From a virus (Duplodnaviria; Caudoviricetes): 64,000 nucleotides of DNA. Under the pieces are notes generated by a model. It did no database searches, was not told the DNA's origin, and worked only from the letters and a program-made list of their open reading frames with translations. The translations under genes were made by a program, and so were the position numbers. The stretch spans positions 118,834-182,833 of the IMG/VR virus record IMGVR_UViG_3300020049_016424; one strand, given 5' to 3'. This document shows, piece after piece, positions 38,809-49,529 of the stretch (position 1 is the first letter of the stretch; each line of letters begins with the position of its first letter).

Positions 38809-40810
38809 TCACGAACTGTTCTTCGTGGGCTCGGTCAGCGGGGGCGGGATGCGAAACACGCCGTGTGCTTCGGCGTAGTTGCTGAGCAGACGCTGCACTT
38901 CCGGGGTCAGGTCGTCGAGCAGCGTCTTCATGTCGACCGCGCTGCACTCGCCGGGGACGAGGGCACGGACGATGAGACAGAGACCGGAGTCCGGCACGTC
39001 GGACTCGTTGAGCACGAACTTCATGTGCGCGACGGTGTTGCCCGCGCGGCGGGCGCTGTCCACACGCACGGTGGGCTTGAAGCGGATCATGGAACACTCT
39101 CTTTCTTTGGTGGGAGGAGAACTACGTGCTCTCCGCGGAGCTCAGGACCGCGGTCCTGAGATCAACGCAAAGCACTAGGGGCGAATCTCGAGCGCTACGT
39201 AGAGCCCGAGCGCAAGCTGTCCGAGGACGAGGAGAACCACCGCACCGAAGGTCTCGTCCATACATAGAAACGTGCAGGCCGCCCCTGTGGTGGAGGTATG
39301 CACGATACGGAGTCCTGCGCGAAAATCTTCGAGACGCTGCCGCGGGGTCACGGCTCCTCCTTCTCTTCGGAAGGCACCGTCGCGGGCCCTGGGGGAATCG
39401 TGATCGCCGCGAGGACGAACCAGAAGGCAGCTGCGCCCCACGCGGCTGCCTTCGCACGGTCGGCCGCGAAGCCGCACGCAAGGAGCGTTGCAGCGTACCG
39501 AATCACGTAGATTCGGAACTCCGCCCAAGACCCGCCCTGCCACACGCGCCGGAGCGCGTAGGCCCCGGGAAACAGCAGCAAGAAGGCAAGCACCGTGAGG
39601 CGGTACTCCCACTCTTCGGACAGCGTCACGGCCCCGCGCCCTTCAGCCGGGGCCAGACGTACGCGCCCGGGATGTGAATCCGGCCGGCGTACCCCTGCGC
39701 AGTGGGCGAGAGACGGAGAGACTCCCAGGCCTCGAGCTCCGTTGCGAACGGTCCTCGAGATCGCGTTTCGGTCGAGCCGGCCCAGAACTCGAGGTCCTGG
39801 GCCGGCTTCCCCGCGTCGCTCATCACTTCGTCGCCTCGGGCGTCATGAGATCGCAGATGTCGGCCTCGGACAGGACGACGTGCCGCGTACGCGCACCGGC
39901 GAGCGCCTTCGCGGTGTCGAAGACGCGGCCGTTCGCGTGGCGCTTGACGAGCTCGGTGCTCCCGTCGGGCGCGTAGTAGAGGATCGTCGCGCGAGTGCCC
40001 GACGGCGTGAACGCGAGGATCGACGTATCGACCGGCACGTTCTCGAGGTTGAGCGCCTGCTGCGTGACCGCCCGCATGCCGGGCACGCCGAAGGTGGCGG
40101 GCACCGGGTAGCGGAGCACGAAGAAGTGCGCCGCATGCATGTAGGTCTTGTAGTTCTTCTTGGCCATGATGCTTGTCTTTCTTGGAACGAATCGTTGAGG
40201 TGAAGCGTTGAATGGGGCGTTGAAGGCGCGCTCAGAGGAGCGCTTCGAGGAGCTTCACCGCGCGGGCGACGTCGTCCTTCGACGAGATCGTCAGCGCGAG
40301 AGGCTCCGCGAGTACGGAAGCCAAGATGGTGCACCGCACGGCCGTGACGACCGGCTTGCGGGGCGCCGGCACCTGCGGCGCGAGCTCGGACGTCTCGAGC
40401 GCGGCCGTGGTGTGCGCCGGGAGTTTCGTGGTGGCACGGAACTGCGCGCGGGCGCCTTCGATTGCGGCAGTGATCTGCAGCCCGATCTTGCCCGAGCGGT
40501 CATTCGGGATGGCGCGGCTCTCCGGGGAGAGGATGCCGTGCTTGCGGCGCGCGTTACCGATGTCGTTTCCCGAGCGCCCGAAGGCAATACAGAGCCCCCA
40601 CCAGGAGCAACCCAGGCTATCCGCGAGGCGCATGAAAAAGCGCGTGTCCTTGCGAGACCAGGAGTGGCCCTTCGGCAGGGCGTCGATGCGGGCGACGACC
40701 TCCGGCGTGAGCTCGGCGAACGCGCGGTCCGTGGTGAGGGCGCGGTCGGTGTGCGGGAGTGCCTGCTGCTTCGAGCTGGCGGGGGTGTTGTTGAGAACGG
40801 TGATTTTCAT
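38809..40810 (-). CDS. Cluster of small early genes (38809-39090, 39175-39351, 39348-39629, 39626-39826, 39823-40167, 40232-40810)
   Basis: Head-to-tail ORFs, several with (A/G)TGA overlaps and AGAAAG RBSs. Two are membrane proteins; 40232-40810 may be DNA-binding. Confidence 0.55.
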
Positions 40811-40889
40811 GAGTATGGTCTTTCTGCTCGAGGGGATTAGAGATTCCTCGGCAAGACCTTCTACCCTCAAAACCAGGCGTTTTCGGGCA

Positions 40890-41408
40890 CTACAGCTTGC
40901 GAATCCAGGTCGCGTGGCTGAGATCTATGCCGTAGTACACCGGAGGCTCTTGTGCGGAGAACCGCGCTTCGAACTCCGCGTACGGAAACGGGGACAAGGC
41001 AGGCGTCCACCTCGGCACCGCCTGGTCGACCGTGAACACGTGCGCGGTGTGTGCCAGCGGGAAGAACTGCTCGAACACGGACGCTCCCCCGATGATCGAG
41101 ATATCCGGAGATCTCGTCGAGTTCGCAAACGACATCGCTTCCTCGATGTCCCGACAGCACACGAGCGAGGTGCGTGCAGGGAGTGCTGTCCCTGCGGGAA
41201 CCTGGAGCGCGTGCGACGACAGCACGATGTTGTCGCGGCGACCGAGAATCGACCAGGATTTGCGCCCTACGATGCAGGGGGTTTCTTCCGTCAGGTCTCG
41301 GAACGCTTTCTTCCACGTACTTTGCCCGAAGACCACGCTGCTCAGGTCTAAGAGCTGTTTGTCTTTGGTGAGCGAGATGATCAATTGAATGTGGGGAGTA
41401 AGTCGCAT
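40890..41408 (-). CDS. Divergent dihydrofolate reductase-like protein
   Basis: FRDLT...CIVGRKSWS..GRRDNIVLS...ISIIGGASVFEQFFPLA matches the DHFR core, but the N-terminal PW..D motif is lost. Confidence 0.7.
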   Translation of the reverse strand: MRLTPHIQLIISLTKDKQLLDLSSVVFGQSTWKKAFRDLTEETPCIVGRKSWSILGRRDNIVLSSHALQVPAGTALPARTSLVCCRDIEEAMSFANSTRSPDISIIGGASVFEQFFPLAHTAHVFTVDQAVPRWTPALSPFPYAEFEARFSAQEPPVYYGIDLSHATWIRKL

Positions 41409-41579
41409 AGATACCTAGGGAGTAAAAGACGCCTGCCAGTGGCAGGTATGGCACGCGGGCGTGGGCGTCGAGCCCTTCGGCCATCTCACGGGGACATACA
41501 GAGGATCGCCACATCGTGGGCAGATCCCAGCCGCGATGTACTTCGGAGAGGGGGACGCTGGCTGCATCCCGAAAGCGTA

Positions 41580-41972
41580 TCACGGAGACGTCGGCGCGGG
41601 AACCTTTCCACGCCCATGGCACTTGCCACAAGGTCTGGAAACAGGCTGTGCGCCGCCAAGTACTTGCAGGTAGACCACTCCAACGCCGGCACAAGGGTCG
41701 CAGCGTCGATGCGGCACGTAGTTGCGTCCGCCGGAGCGCGCGCGGGGGGCGACGCCCTTTCGGCGCGGGACCGGCCCCGGGGCTCCGGGGAGCGCCAGCT
41801 TCACGAGACGCTCCGCCGCGCGGACCGCCTTAGCTTCTACCTGGAGACTCACCTTTGTCCGGAGCACTTCTGCACCGACCAACTGCCGACGACGATTCGT
41901 CGTGAATAACAACTTCAGGAGCGAAAGCTCTTCGGCGCTGAACGACAAAGAGGCGGTGGGACGTCGAGCCAT
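41580..41972 (-). CDS. Protein with a DnaJ-type CxxCxGxG Zn finger
   Basis: CDPCAGVG...CGKCHGRG. Confidence 0.6.
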   Translation of the reverse strand: MARRPTASLSFSAEELSLLKLLFTTNRRRQLVGAEVLRTKVSLQVEAKAVRAAERLVKLALPGAPGPVPRRKGVAPRARSGGRNYVPHRRCDPCAGVGVVYLQVLGGAQPVSRPCGKCHGRGKVPAPTSP

Positions 41973-41990
41973 GTAGGGTCCTTTCACATC

Positions 41991-42014
41991 AAAAAAGAAA
42001 CGAGATATCGTTTC
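41991..42014 (-). terminator. Intrinsic terminator
   Basis: Stem gaaacga/tcgtttc with T6 on the - strand. Confidence 0.7.
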
Positions 42015-42020
42015 AGGAAA

Positions 42021-43525
42021 TCAGGCGCGACGCATGCTCTCACGAGCTCGCTCGAACGAGCAGATCGCACAAGGGCAGCGTACGACCTGCGCGCGCACGC
42101 AGCGCTCGAGATACGGCGAGCGCGCTTCCTGCGGCACGGGTCGCGGCTGCGCAGGGCGCTGGGCCGTAGGCAGCGGCTTCTCCGTCGGGGTCTCGAAGAT
42201 CATCGAGACGAGCAACAGGAAGAGGAGCGGAGAAGCGAGAAGGGTCAGTCCGATGATTTGCATGGGTTGGGTTCTTTCTGGGATTGGGGATGGTCAGGGG
42301 AAGACGGTTGCAGAGGAGAGAAGGAAGGAGAGAATGGCGACCGGGAGACGAGGTCTGTGACTGCGAGGCCGAGCGCGGCGAGCCGCACGATCTCAGCGAT
42401 CGCGGCACGCTCCTCATCGATCTCAGCAAGCGTCGCGCCCTCGTGGATAGCCGCGGCCTCGAACAGCGCCTCGAGATGCGCTTCAATCTGCGACGAGTCC
42501 CGGAACCTGAACAGGCTCACGCCGTCGCTCCGGGCATCGGTTTGCCCGTGATCTTCTCGTAGGCCTGCTGCGCCGCCGAGTAGTCGTACTTGCGCGAGGC
42601 CCACTGGTCGACGATCGCAAGGCACACCTCGGCGGTGGCGTGGCGGCCTTCGGGGCTGTTCGCACCGGCCTCGAGCACGTCACAAAGGCCGTCGGGGAAG
42701 AGATGCACGAGCACCGCACTACGCTCGGTGACGTAGCCGAAGCTCACGTACTCGGCGTCTGCGCAGGTGTATGCGAGCTGCCGGACCATCGTCTCGTGAC
42801 ACGAGAACGCGTGGTCGACAGCCAGAAGCTGTTGAACAGAATAGGTCTGCATGGGGTTAGATTCTTTCTTGGAGAGTAGGAAATAGAAGCCTCAGGGCTG
42901 GCCGTCTTCGACGGTTTCACCACGAGGCGTGGCGGGAGACATGGACATGCGCTGCTTCTGCGCGATGAAGTGCCGCGCGGCATCGTAGACGTACGACGAC
43001 GCGAGACCTGCGAACGCGTAGTACAGCGCCTTCGGTGCGAAGTCGCCGACGAGCGGCATTGCAGGGATCGCGCCGAGAAGCGCACCTGCGCACGCTGCGT
43101 GAAGCGGCAGCGAAACCTGGTACGCCAGACGCCAGCCGCGCACGAGCTTGTCGGGCGGGAGCACGAGCGGCTTGACGACAGCGCCGAAAACTCCGAGGAG
43201 CAGGGAGACCGCGATGAACGGCCAGTGGGTGAGTGCGAGATCGAGCATCAGCCCAATCTACCACGCGCCCCTAGCGCCTCGGAACACAGGTGGTCGTCAC
43301 CGAAAGGTCCCCGTGGACCGTGTGCCGTACGTGCGCGCAGTTCGTCGCCCGCAAGTCCGCGCGCACGTAGTTGTACCCGAGAACCGCGTTGAAGAGCAGG
43401 AACGCTCCCGCGCAGAACACCGCGGCGCGGTAGTACGGGCGCTTCTTCTTCGCCGCATCGACGAGCGTGAAGAGCAGCGCCAGGGTGAAGATCGACGACA
43501 AGGTCGAGAAGATCAGCAAGGGCAT
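42021..43525 (-). CDS. Cluster of small genes, several membrane proteins (42021-42263, 42517-42852, 42892-43248, 43271-43525)
   Basis: Hydrophobic segments; 42892-43248 has about 3 TMs (holin-like). Confidence 0.5.
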
Positions 43526-43635
43526 GTTCGGCCTTTCGAGAAGGTGCAGGGCCGAACAACCAACCGCGGTTCTTCGACACTATCTTTTACCCGAAAGCTG
43601 AGTCCTTTTCGGCACTTACCCTAAGCCCCTCTCCC

Positions 43636-44337
43636 TCAGAAAATCTTCACCCGAACCTGCGTGTGTGCAGTGCTCTCCCCGCCCTCGGGCACTACCTCTA
43701 CGCCCGACTGCCCCGGAATCCGGCCTCCCGTCCCCGCCCCGCCCCGGCGAGTTGCAAGGGAGACCAGAATGTCGCGCCCCTCCGACGTGAGCAGCGCCAC
43801 GCGGTAGAGCTCCGCCGCGCGCTCGAAACGCTCGAACGCTTCTTTCCGCACTCGGACCAAACGATCCATGCGCCGTTCGTGGAGCTTCATCGCCTCGAAG
43901 TAGTGCTGCGGGTTCTGCCAGTCGGTACGGAGTGGCGCCTCGAGCTCGACTTGCGCACAACGTGTGAGGGCGCTCTGGTATTCGACGTCCGCGAGCACGA
44001 GCTTCTCCGCGGTGACACGCACGTACGCCTGCGCCGCACCGAGGGGGTCCGACAGCGCCGTGGTGTAGCGCAAGACCGCGTCCTCGGTGGCCTCAGCCGC
44101 GTCAGGGGATGCCACCGCCAGGGCGGTAGCCGTGAGCAGGTTCAGCGGGGCCGTGCGGAGCATCTCCGGGTCGATCCGCTCGAGAACCTCCTCGCGGGAC
44201 ATCGCCGGGTCGAGGAAGCTCTGCCGCGCCTGCAGGGCGCCCGCAGGGGCCGCCACGATGCCGCAGGCCTCCTTCGTCGCCACCGGCATGGGCTGGAAGG
44301 CGTTCGGGTGGATCACGGGCGGCGAACCGTCAGACAT
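43636..44337 (-). CDS. Helical protein under a late-type leaderless promoter
   Basis: TACGCT-N6-ATG at 44337; MSDGSPPVIHP...; coiled coil. Confidence 0.6.
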   Translation of the reverse strand: MSDGSPPVIHPNAFQPMPVATKEACGIVAAPAGALQARQSFLDPAMSREEVLERIDPEMLRTAPLNLLTATALAVASPDAAEATEDAVLRYTTALSDPLGAAQAYVRVTAEKLVLADVEYQSALTRCAQVELEAPLRTDWQNPQHYFEAMKLHERRMDRLVRVRKEAFERFERAAELYRVALLTSEGRDILVSLATRRGGAGTGGRIPGQSGVEVVPEGGESTAHTQVRVKIF

Positions 44338-44540
44338 GGCCCTAGCGTAGCGCAGCGGCTGAGAGGCGTCAGGCGGGCGCAGAGCGCCTGCGCAGGCCCG
44401 TGCAGCGCGCAAGGAGCGCTGCGGGCCGCCTGAGGGCTGCAGGGCGCCCGAATCGCCCCTGGAACCCCACTGGCAGGAGTGTGGGCTGCCGCAGCCAGGG
44501 CGGCTCAAAAGCTCCGACAACCGAAGTGGTTGCGGGAGGA

Positions 44541-45090
44541 GTTTGGTTAGGGGTCTGGTTAGGGATTTGGTAAGCGCTTCCGACCGAAAAGGCCCCTATA
44601 TATATGTGTGTTTTCAGAGAAACACTCATATATATAACCACTCAACCGGTCTAACCAAACACCTTCACACGCAACCCCCACTACTCCTCCCACACCCCTG
44701 TACTCCCCCTGTCCCCTCTCTCCTATACACCCTTACTTTTTCTCACAGGTAACTCTTACACTTACCTATGCCTACATCCCCTCCTCCCACTCTCCCAGTC
44801 TCTCCCCCTGCTCCTATACACCCCTGTGTTCGGTGAAATTCGGTAAGTTCGGTTAGCCTCAGAGAATCGCCTTGTTTTCAAGGGGAAAACGCGATTACCG
44901 AGGGCCTAACCAGGGCGTTTCGATAACCACACGGAGTGGTGCGAGGTCGAAATGGCGCTTTTCGCGGGAAAATGGGGTATTCGCCCCGCGACGAGAGTCC
45001 GCGCGGAAAACCGGTTAGTTCGGTTAGCCGCGAGATACTGCCTGAAAACAAGGGGTATTCGCGGCTTACCGGATTCCGGCTAACCGAACT
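44541..45090. other. Putative replication origin
   Basis: Non-coding region with GGTTAG/CTAACC iterons, an AT-rich 17-bp inverted repeat (44597-44636) and a pyrimidine-skewed tract, downstream of the helicase/primase genes. Confidence 0.65.
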
Positions 45091-45256
45091 TGTAGGAGCA
45101 GGGTGAGCTCTCGAGGACTGCAGACTTCGAGCTCGTACGAGGCCCCCGCCGCGGGCTAAAAAGTAGGTGCGTGTACGCTTATCACCACAGGCTCCGCCTG
45201 AGATGTTGCGACGCACCGACTCCGTGCACGTATCTTGTCGTACCTGTCCCTACGTG

Positions 45257-48200
45257 TCAGACTTCGTAGACTTCTGTGGGATTCAGGTCGGGGAACTTGT
45301 ACAGCGATGTGGGATCGGGTATGGCGGTTTCCGACACAGCCTTCGCCGCGATCGGAACCTTGGGGGTCTTGGGCAGGTCCCGGACGACCCCGCGGCCTGT
45401 CTTCTTGGGCCCCTCGCCCCCTCCAGACGGCGGACCGCTGCCTCCTCCTCCGTCGTCTCCACCCCCGCCACCGCCGGGGGGCTCGACCGAAAGGGTGGTG
45501 CTGTTGTCCGTGAACAGCCGCCCGTCGAGGATCACGTAGCGGCCGACGACGCCTTCGAAGCTGCAGACGGTGTCGGTTCGACCTTCGGAGGCCTTCAGCA
45601 CGTAGTGGCGCTTGGCCCAGGCTGCCCGCACGGACCGTGGGTTGAAGCCCTCGCTCTTGAGGAACTTGCTGAGCCACGCAGACGTGAACGCAAGGTTCTT
45701 GTCCACGCGCTCACGTGCGACGACCTTGCTCCGTTCCTTCACGTCGTCGGAGATGCCCAGCACGGTGCCCGGGTTCGTGAAGATGTAGCTCTGCAGGGCC
45801 TCGAGCGCGCGCTCGTGCTCGTGCCGGACGTCGGCACGCGCGAAGCGATCGCCGGTGAGGATTTCGATGAGCTTGTCTTCCAGATTCGCAGGGAGATAGA
45901 TCTTGTCGCCGAAGCAGCGCTTGAGAGCCCAGCCGCCGAGCGTGAGCGTTGCGAGGTTGTTGGCGACGCGCGCGTTGATGTTCAGCGCGGTGCAGCGTGC
46001 GATGAAGCGGCGGAGGATGTCGGCGTAGGTCGCGTCGAGCGCGTCGAAGTCGCACGCATCGAGCATGGCCTTCATCGGGACGATCATGTTCCCGTGGTTG
46101 GCCACGATGCGGTCGTACATCTGCGGGATGTAGCTCGGTGAGAGCTCTTCGCATTGCACGTTGAGGACGCGGACCTGAACGCCGTTCTGCGAGTTGTCAT
46201 CGGTGATGGGCTTCTCGCCGGTCGACAGCACGCCGTTGTTCCACTTCTTCGGCTCGCGAGCTCCGCCGGTGCGCGTCGCGCGGGTTTTTCCGACGCCGTC
46301 GTAGGCCATGTAGACACGCGGGGGCACGTCTTCGGGATTGATCAGTGTCGTCTCGTCGATGGGGATGATCGTACCGCTGAAGGTGCCGAGCGCCTGTTCG
46401 AAGCCCGCAGCCGTCGCATCGCCTTTGAGCATCAGCTCCTTCGGATGCCCGTGCAGGCTGCTAGCGATCGCGAGGAAGAGGGACTTGCCAGACGTGGTCT
46501 GGCCGTAGGTGTGCAGCCAGACGTTCGTCGCGGCCTTCACGCGACCCAGAAGCATCGACCCCGCTGAGGTGAGAATGGCGAGCAGCCCTGCGTCGTAGCT
46601 CTGCATGACCTCGGAGAGGATCGAGAGCTGCTCCTCGAGCGTGCCCGCCTTCGAGTCTCGAGCCTTGAACTGCGCGGCGTGCCCGTTCTGTGTGTCGAAC
46701 GACAGGCCTGGTACTCCGGGGCACGCGTAGAACGGCGTGCCGTCTTCCTTCGCGTGCCAGCCCGTGCGCACGAAGTTGTCGATCACCGTGAAGCGCTGTT
46801 CGAGGTCGTTGAGTTCCCGGAAGTCGTGGAACCAGCTCACCGCAGCCGCGGCGTTCTTGTCCGACACGGGCACGCCGAACTCGCTCAGTCCCACGATCTG
46901 ATTTCGACGGAAGACCTGCTCAGAAGGGACGACGCGTGTGACCCAGGTCGTCCCCTGCTTGTACGCGATTTCGCACTTCTCTTTGCGGGACTCGAACTCG
47001 CGGTGGATGCGGGTGATGAAGAACGGCGCGAGGGAGATGCGCTGAGCGTTTTGGAAAGCGCCCTGCGCCGTCTGCGTCGTCGTGTACTGGATGAGCTCGC
47101 CCGTGGGCTTGACCTCGTAGTCCTTGGGAATGAGCAGGTGCAGGTCGGTCGCAGGCATGTCGGTGCCGAGGATGTCTTGCAACGTGAGCGCCGCGGTGCG
47201 GAGTTCGTTCGGATTCGGCACCCGCGCGGTGAGCACGGTGCGGTCGAGCGAGGCCTGATCGGTGACGACGCTCGGAAGCGCGGCCTTGAGCTCGACGAAC
47301 GCGATGCGGCAGGCGCCCAGGTCGGCGAGCATCGCGCCGAGCTTGTAGGCCTCGTGTCGCTTCTTGCCTGCGATCTTCGGGTAGCAGAAGATCGTGACGT
47401 TCACGTCTTGCAGAGGGACGTTGTCGGTGAAGCAGGTGCGCAGTCGTTCATCGCCGCCGGTGTCCATGCGGTAGTTGGTGTCGAAGAACGCGTCGACATT
47501 CTCGCTGCCGACGACCTTCGAGTAGTGCTGCGAGAGATAGAGTGCGTCGATCTCGTCGAGAACGATGTAGAGATCGCCGTCATCATCGTAGGCGCCATCC
47601 TCGAGCGTCTTCGGGAGCAGGTAGGGCTCTCCCGTCGTTTCGGCGCTCCATACGGCGTCGACGGACAGGTGCTGCGTGACGGGGACTCGTGTGTCGGACA
47701 ACGCCCGGAATGGCGCCGTCTGCAGGTCCGTCGAACCACAGCCTGGGTGCGGGAAGCAGCAGACGGAGCCGTGGTTCCACCGCGGACGACTCAGGCGCTC
47801 TGCGATCGTCTTCTTCGCCGAGATCGTGTAGATGCCGGCGGATTCGATGGTGGCTTCGGTCAGCCCCCGTGCGCGCAACTTGTTCAGGTGCGCGTCCGAG
47901 ACGCCCTTCTTCGCGTCGGCGGGATCGAGAGAGCTGCTGCCCCCTCCGCCATGCAGTGCGGGTTCTGCGAGCTCGTCGCCGTCCCCGCCTGCGCGAAGAC
48001 GGGAGAGCACGCCGCGGGCCTGGTCGAGCGACACCATGTTCGCGCGCACGTCCTTGCCGCGCACGTCATGCGTTCCGGGGAGCCGCACGTACTTGCCGCG
48101 TGCCGCCTCGACGAAGACGCCGTGTCCCTCGAGCTGTTTGATTTCGAGGATGCCGCGCAGTTGCTCGACGCGCAGGTCCTTGAAAGCCTCGTGCGCGCCG

Positions 48201-48310
48201 TAGCGCTCCTCGCCCGACCGCTCGACGACGAGCCGGAAATGCCAGGTCTTCTTCGAGGAGTCGACCTCTGCGAGAAACGCTGTGATCAGCGCGAAATCAG
48301 GGGCGAGCAT
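45257..48310 (-). CDS. DUF927-family replicative helicase with a degenerate primase-like N-terminal region
   Basis: FVRTGW, Walker A GQTTSGKS, Walker B IPIDET, GVGKTRA, LSTGE, NHG. N-terminal HLNKLRARGL...AGIYT. Confidence 0.8.
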   Translation of the reverse strand: MLAPDFALITAFLAEVDSSKKTWHFRLVVERSGEERYGAHEAFKDLRVEQLRGILEIKQLEGHGVFVEAARGKYVRLPGTHDVRGKDVRANMVSLDQARGVLSRLRAGGDGDELAEPALHGGGGSSSLDPADAKKGVSDAHLNKLRARGLTEATIESAGIYTISAKKTIAERLSRPRWNHGSVCCFPHPGCGSTDLQTAPFRALSDTRVPVTQHLSVDAVWSAETTGEPYLLPKTLEDGAYDDDGDLYIVLDEIDALYLSQHYSKVVGSENVDAFFDTNYRMDTGGDERLRTCFTDNVPLQDVNVTIFCYPKIAGKKRHEAYKLGAMLADLGACRIAFVELKAALPSVVTDQASLDRTVLTARVPNPNELRTAALTLQDILGTDMPATDLHLLIPKDYEVKPTGELIQYTTTQTAQGAFQNAQRISLAPFFITRIHREFESRKEKCEIAYKQGTTWVTRVVPSEQVFRRNQIVGLSEFGVPVSDKNAAAAVSWFHDFRELNDLEQRFTVIDNFVRTGWHAKEDGTPFYACPGVPGLSFDTQNGHAAQFKARDSKAGTLEEQLSILSEVMQSYDAGLLAILTSAGSMLLGRVKAATNVWLHTYGQTTSGKSLFLAIASSLHGHPKELMLKGDATAAGFEQALGTFSGTIIPIDETTLINPEDVPPRVYMAYDGVGKTRATRTGGAREPKKWNNGVLSTGEKPITDDNSQNGVQVRVLNVQCEELSPSYIPQMYDRIVANHGNMIVPMKAMLDACDFDALDATYADILRRFIARCTALNINARVANNLATLTLGGWALKRCFGDKIYLPANLEDKLIEILTGDRFARADVRHEHERALEALQSYIFTNPGTVLGISDDVKERSKVVARERVDKNLAFTSAWLSKFLKSEGFNPRSVRAAWAKRHYVLKASEGRTDTVCSFEGVVGRYVILDGRLFTDNSTTLSVEPPGGGGGGDDGGGGSGPPSGGGEGPKKTGRGVVRDLPKTPKVPIAAKAVSETAIPDPTSLYKFPDLNPTEVYEV

Positions 48311-48371
48311 TTCGGCGTACTTTCGACGGAAAGAGGTGCAGGACCTGGGGATTCTTCGGAGAAGTGACGCA

Positions 48372-49397
48372 TCACTTCTCTCGTACGTGTGCGGTGTCTT
48401 CGGCGGCGCGCGGGGTTTCCCAGCCGCGGTTGAGCTCGTACTGCGACTTCCAGCCGGGGGGAAGGCGTTCGCCCCAGCCCATGTGCCAGGCGCTGAGGAT
48501 TTCGTCGCTGGTGCAACCGTGTTTGCCGGCAGCCTGGCAGAACACGAAGATCTCGCCGTTGTCGCGCAGCTTGATGACGGCGCGGGCGCTCTTGTGGTCG
48601 CGCAGCGGGCAGCGGGCGATCCATTCGCCGACCTGGTTGCCGTTCGGCTCGTACTTCACGCCGACGCGGCGGAGCTTCTGGAAGAAGTCGATGACGTGCT
48701 CGGGCCACTGGGTGCCGCCTGACCAACTGGCAGCGGCCTTCGCGCGCGCTCGCGGCGGGTTCTCGTAGTAGGGCCGCATGTCGATGCCGTGCGCGGTGAG
48801 GATGAGATCTCCGCGGTCGGTGAAATGCGCAGGCGGCACGCGGTGCTCGAGGATCGTGACCGGGAAGGGGTTGTTGATGTCCTTGAGGTGGCAAGCGCCG
48901 GGCATGCGCATGACGCGCGCGGGGTCACAGACCTGGGGATCTCCGCCGAACTCGAGCGCCAGCACGTCCATCTGCAGGCGCCACGTTTCGGGGTGCGGCT
49001 GCGTCTGCCCGCAGATGGCCTGCCAGTACCAGTGCTCGCCGTTCTTCGTCTGGATACGCATGTCGGGCGGGTAGATTTCGGCGGGCCGCTTCGACGGCCC
49101 TCCGTCGAAATCGAGGCAGTACGCGCGGAAGACCTTCATGTCCTCGTTGCGGCGCGTCGACTTCGGAACGCCCGGGGAGTTCACGCTGACGAAGGGCTGG
49201 AAGTGCTGGTGGTGGAGCTGCGGCAGCCGTGCGAGGTATTCGTCACGGCGGAGGAACATCTGCCAGCGCAGGCGGGGCGCGGAGGGATCTGCGTTGAGCC
49301 AGAGGAACACGGAGCCGCGGTCTTCCGGGTCGAGGAAGCGGAGAAACTCCGCAGCCATGTCTCGATCGATGGGGTATCTGCAGGGGGAGTGTTTCAT
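48372..49397 (-). CDS. RepB'-type (AEP) DNA primase with a C-terminal Zn-binding domain
   Basis: YCLDFD, GEHWYW, GGDPQVCDPARVMRMPG..H.K; RCPLRDH...FCQAAG..GC. Confidence 0.8.
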   Translation of the reverse strand: MKHSPCRYPIDRDMAAEFLRFLDPEDRGSVFLWLNADPSAPRLRWQMFLRRDEYLARLPQLHHQHFQPFVSVNSPGVPKSTRRNEDMKVFRAYCLDFDGGPSKRPAEIYPPDMRIQTKNGEHWYWQAICGQTQPHPETWRLQMDVLALEFGGDPQVCDPARVMRMPGACHLKDINNPFPVTILEHRVPPAHFTDRGDLILTAHGIDMRPYYENPPRARAKAAASWSGGTQWPEHVIDFFQKLRRVGVKYEPNGNQVGEWIARCPLRDHKSARAVIKLRDNGEIFVFCQAAGKHGCTSDEILSAWHMGWGERLPPGWKSQYELNRGWETPRAAEDTAHVREK

Positions 49398-49529
49398 GGA
49401 GGTAGAGGGGTATCGAGTAGGGTAACCGAAGGGCCCAGGGGGGCGCTACCGGAGACGTAAACCCTGGGATTTACGCGGGAAAGCGGGTGAGGGGGTTCCA
49501 ACGAGGCGTGCGCGAGGTACGATTTGCAG

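Noticed and set aside
44541-44576. Telomere-like TTAGGG repeats
   Set aside because: There are only two copies, within 12-bp units and internal to the contig; they are better explained as iterons.
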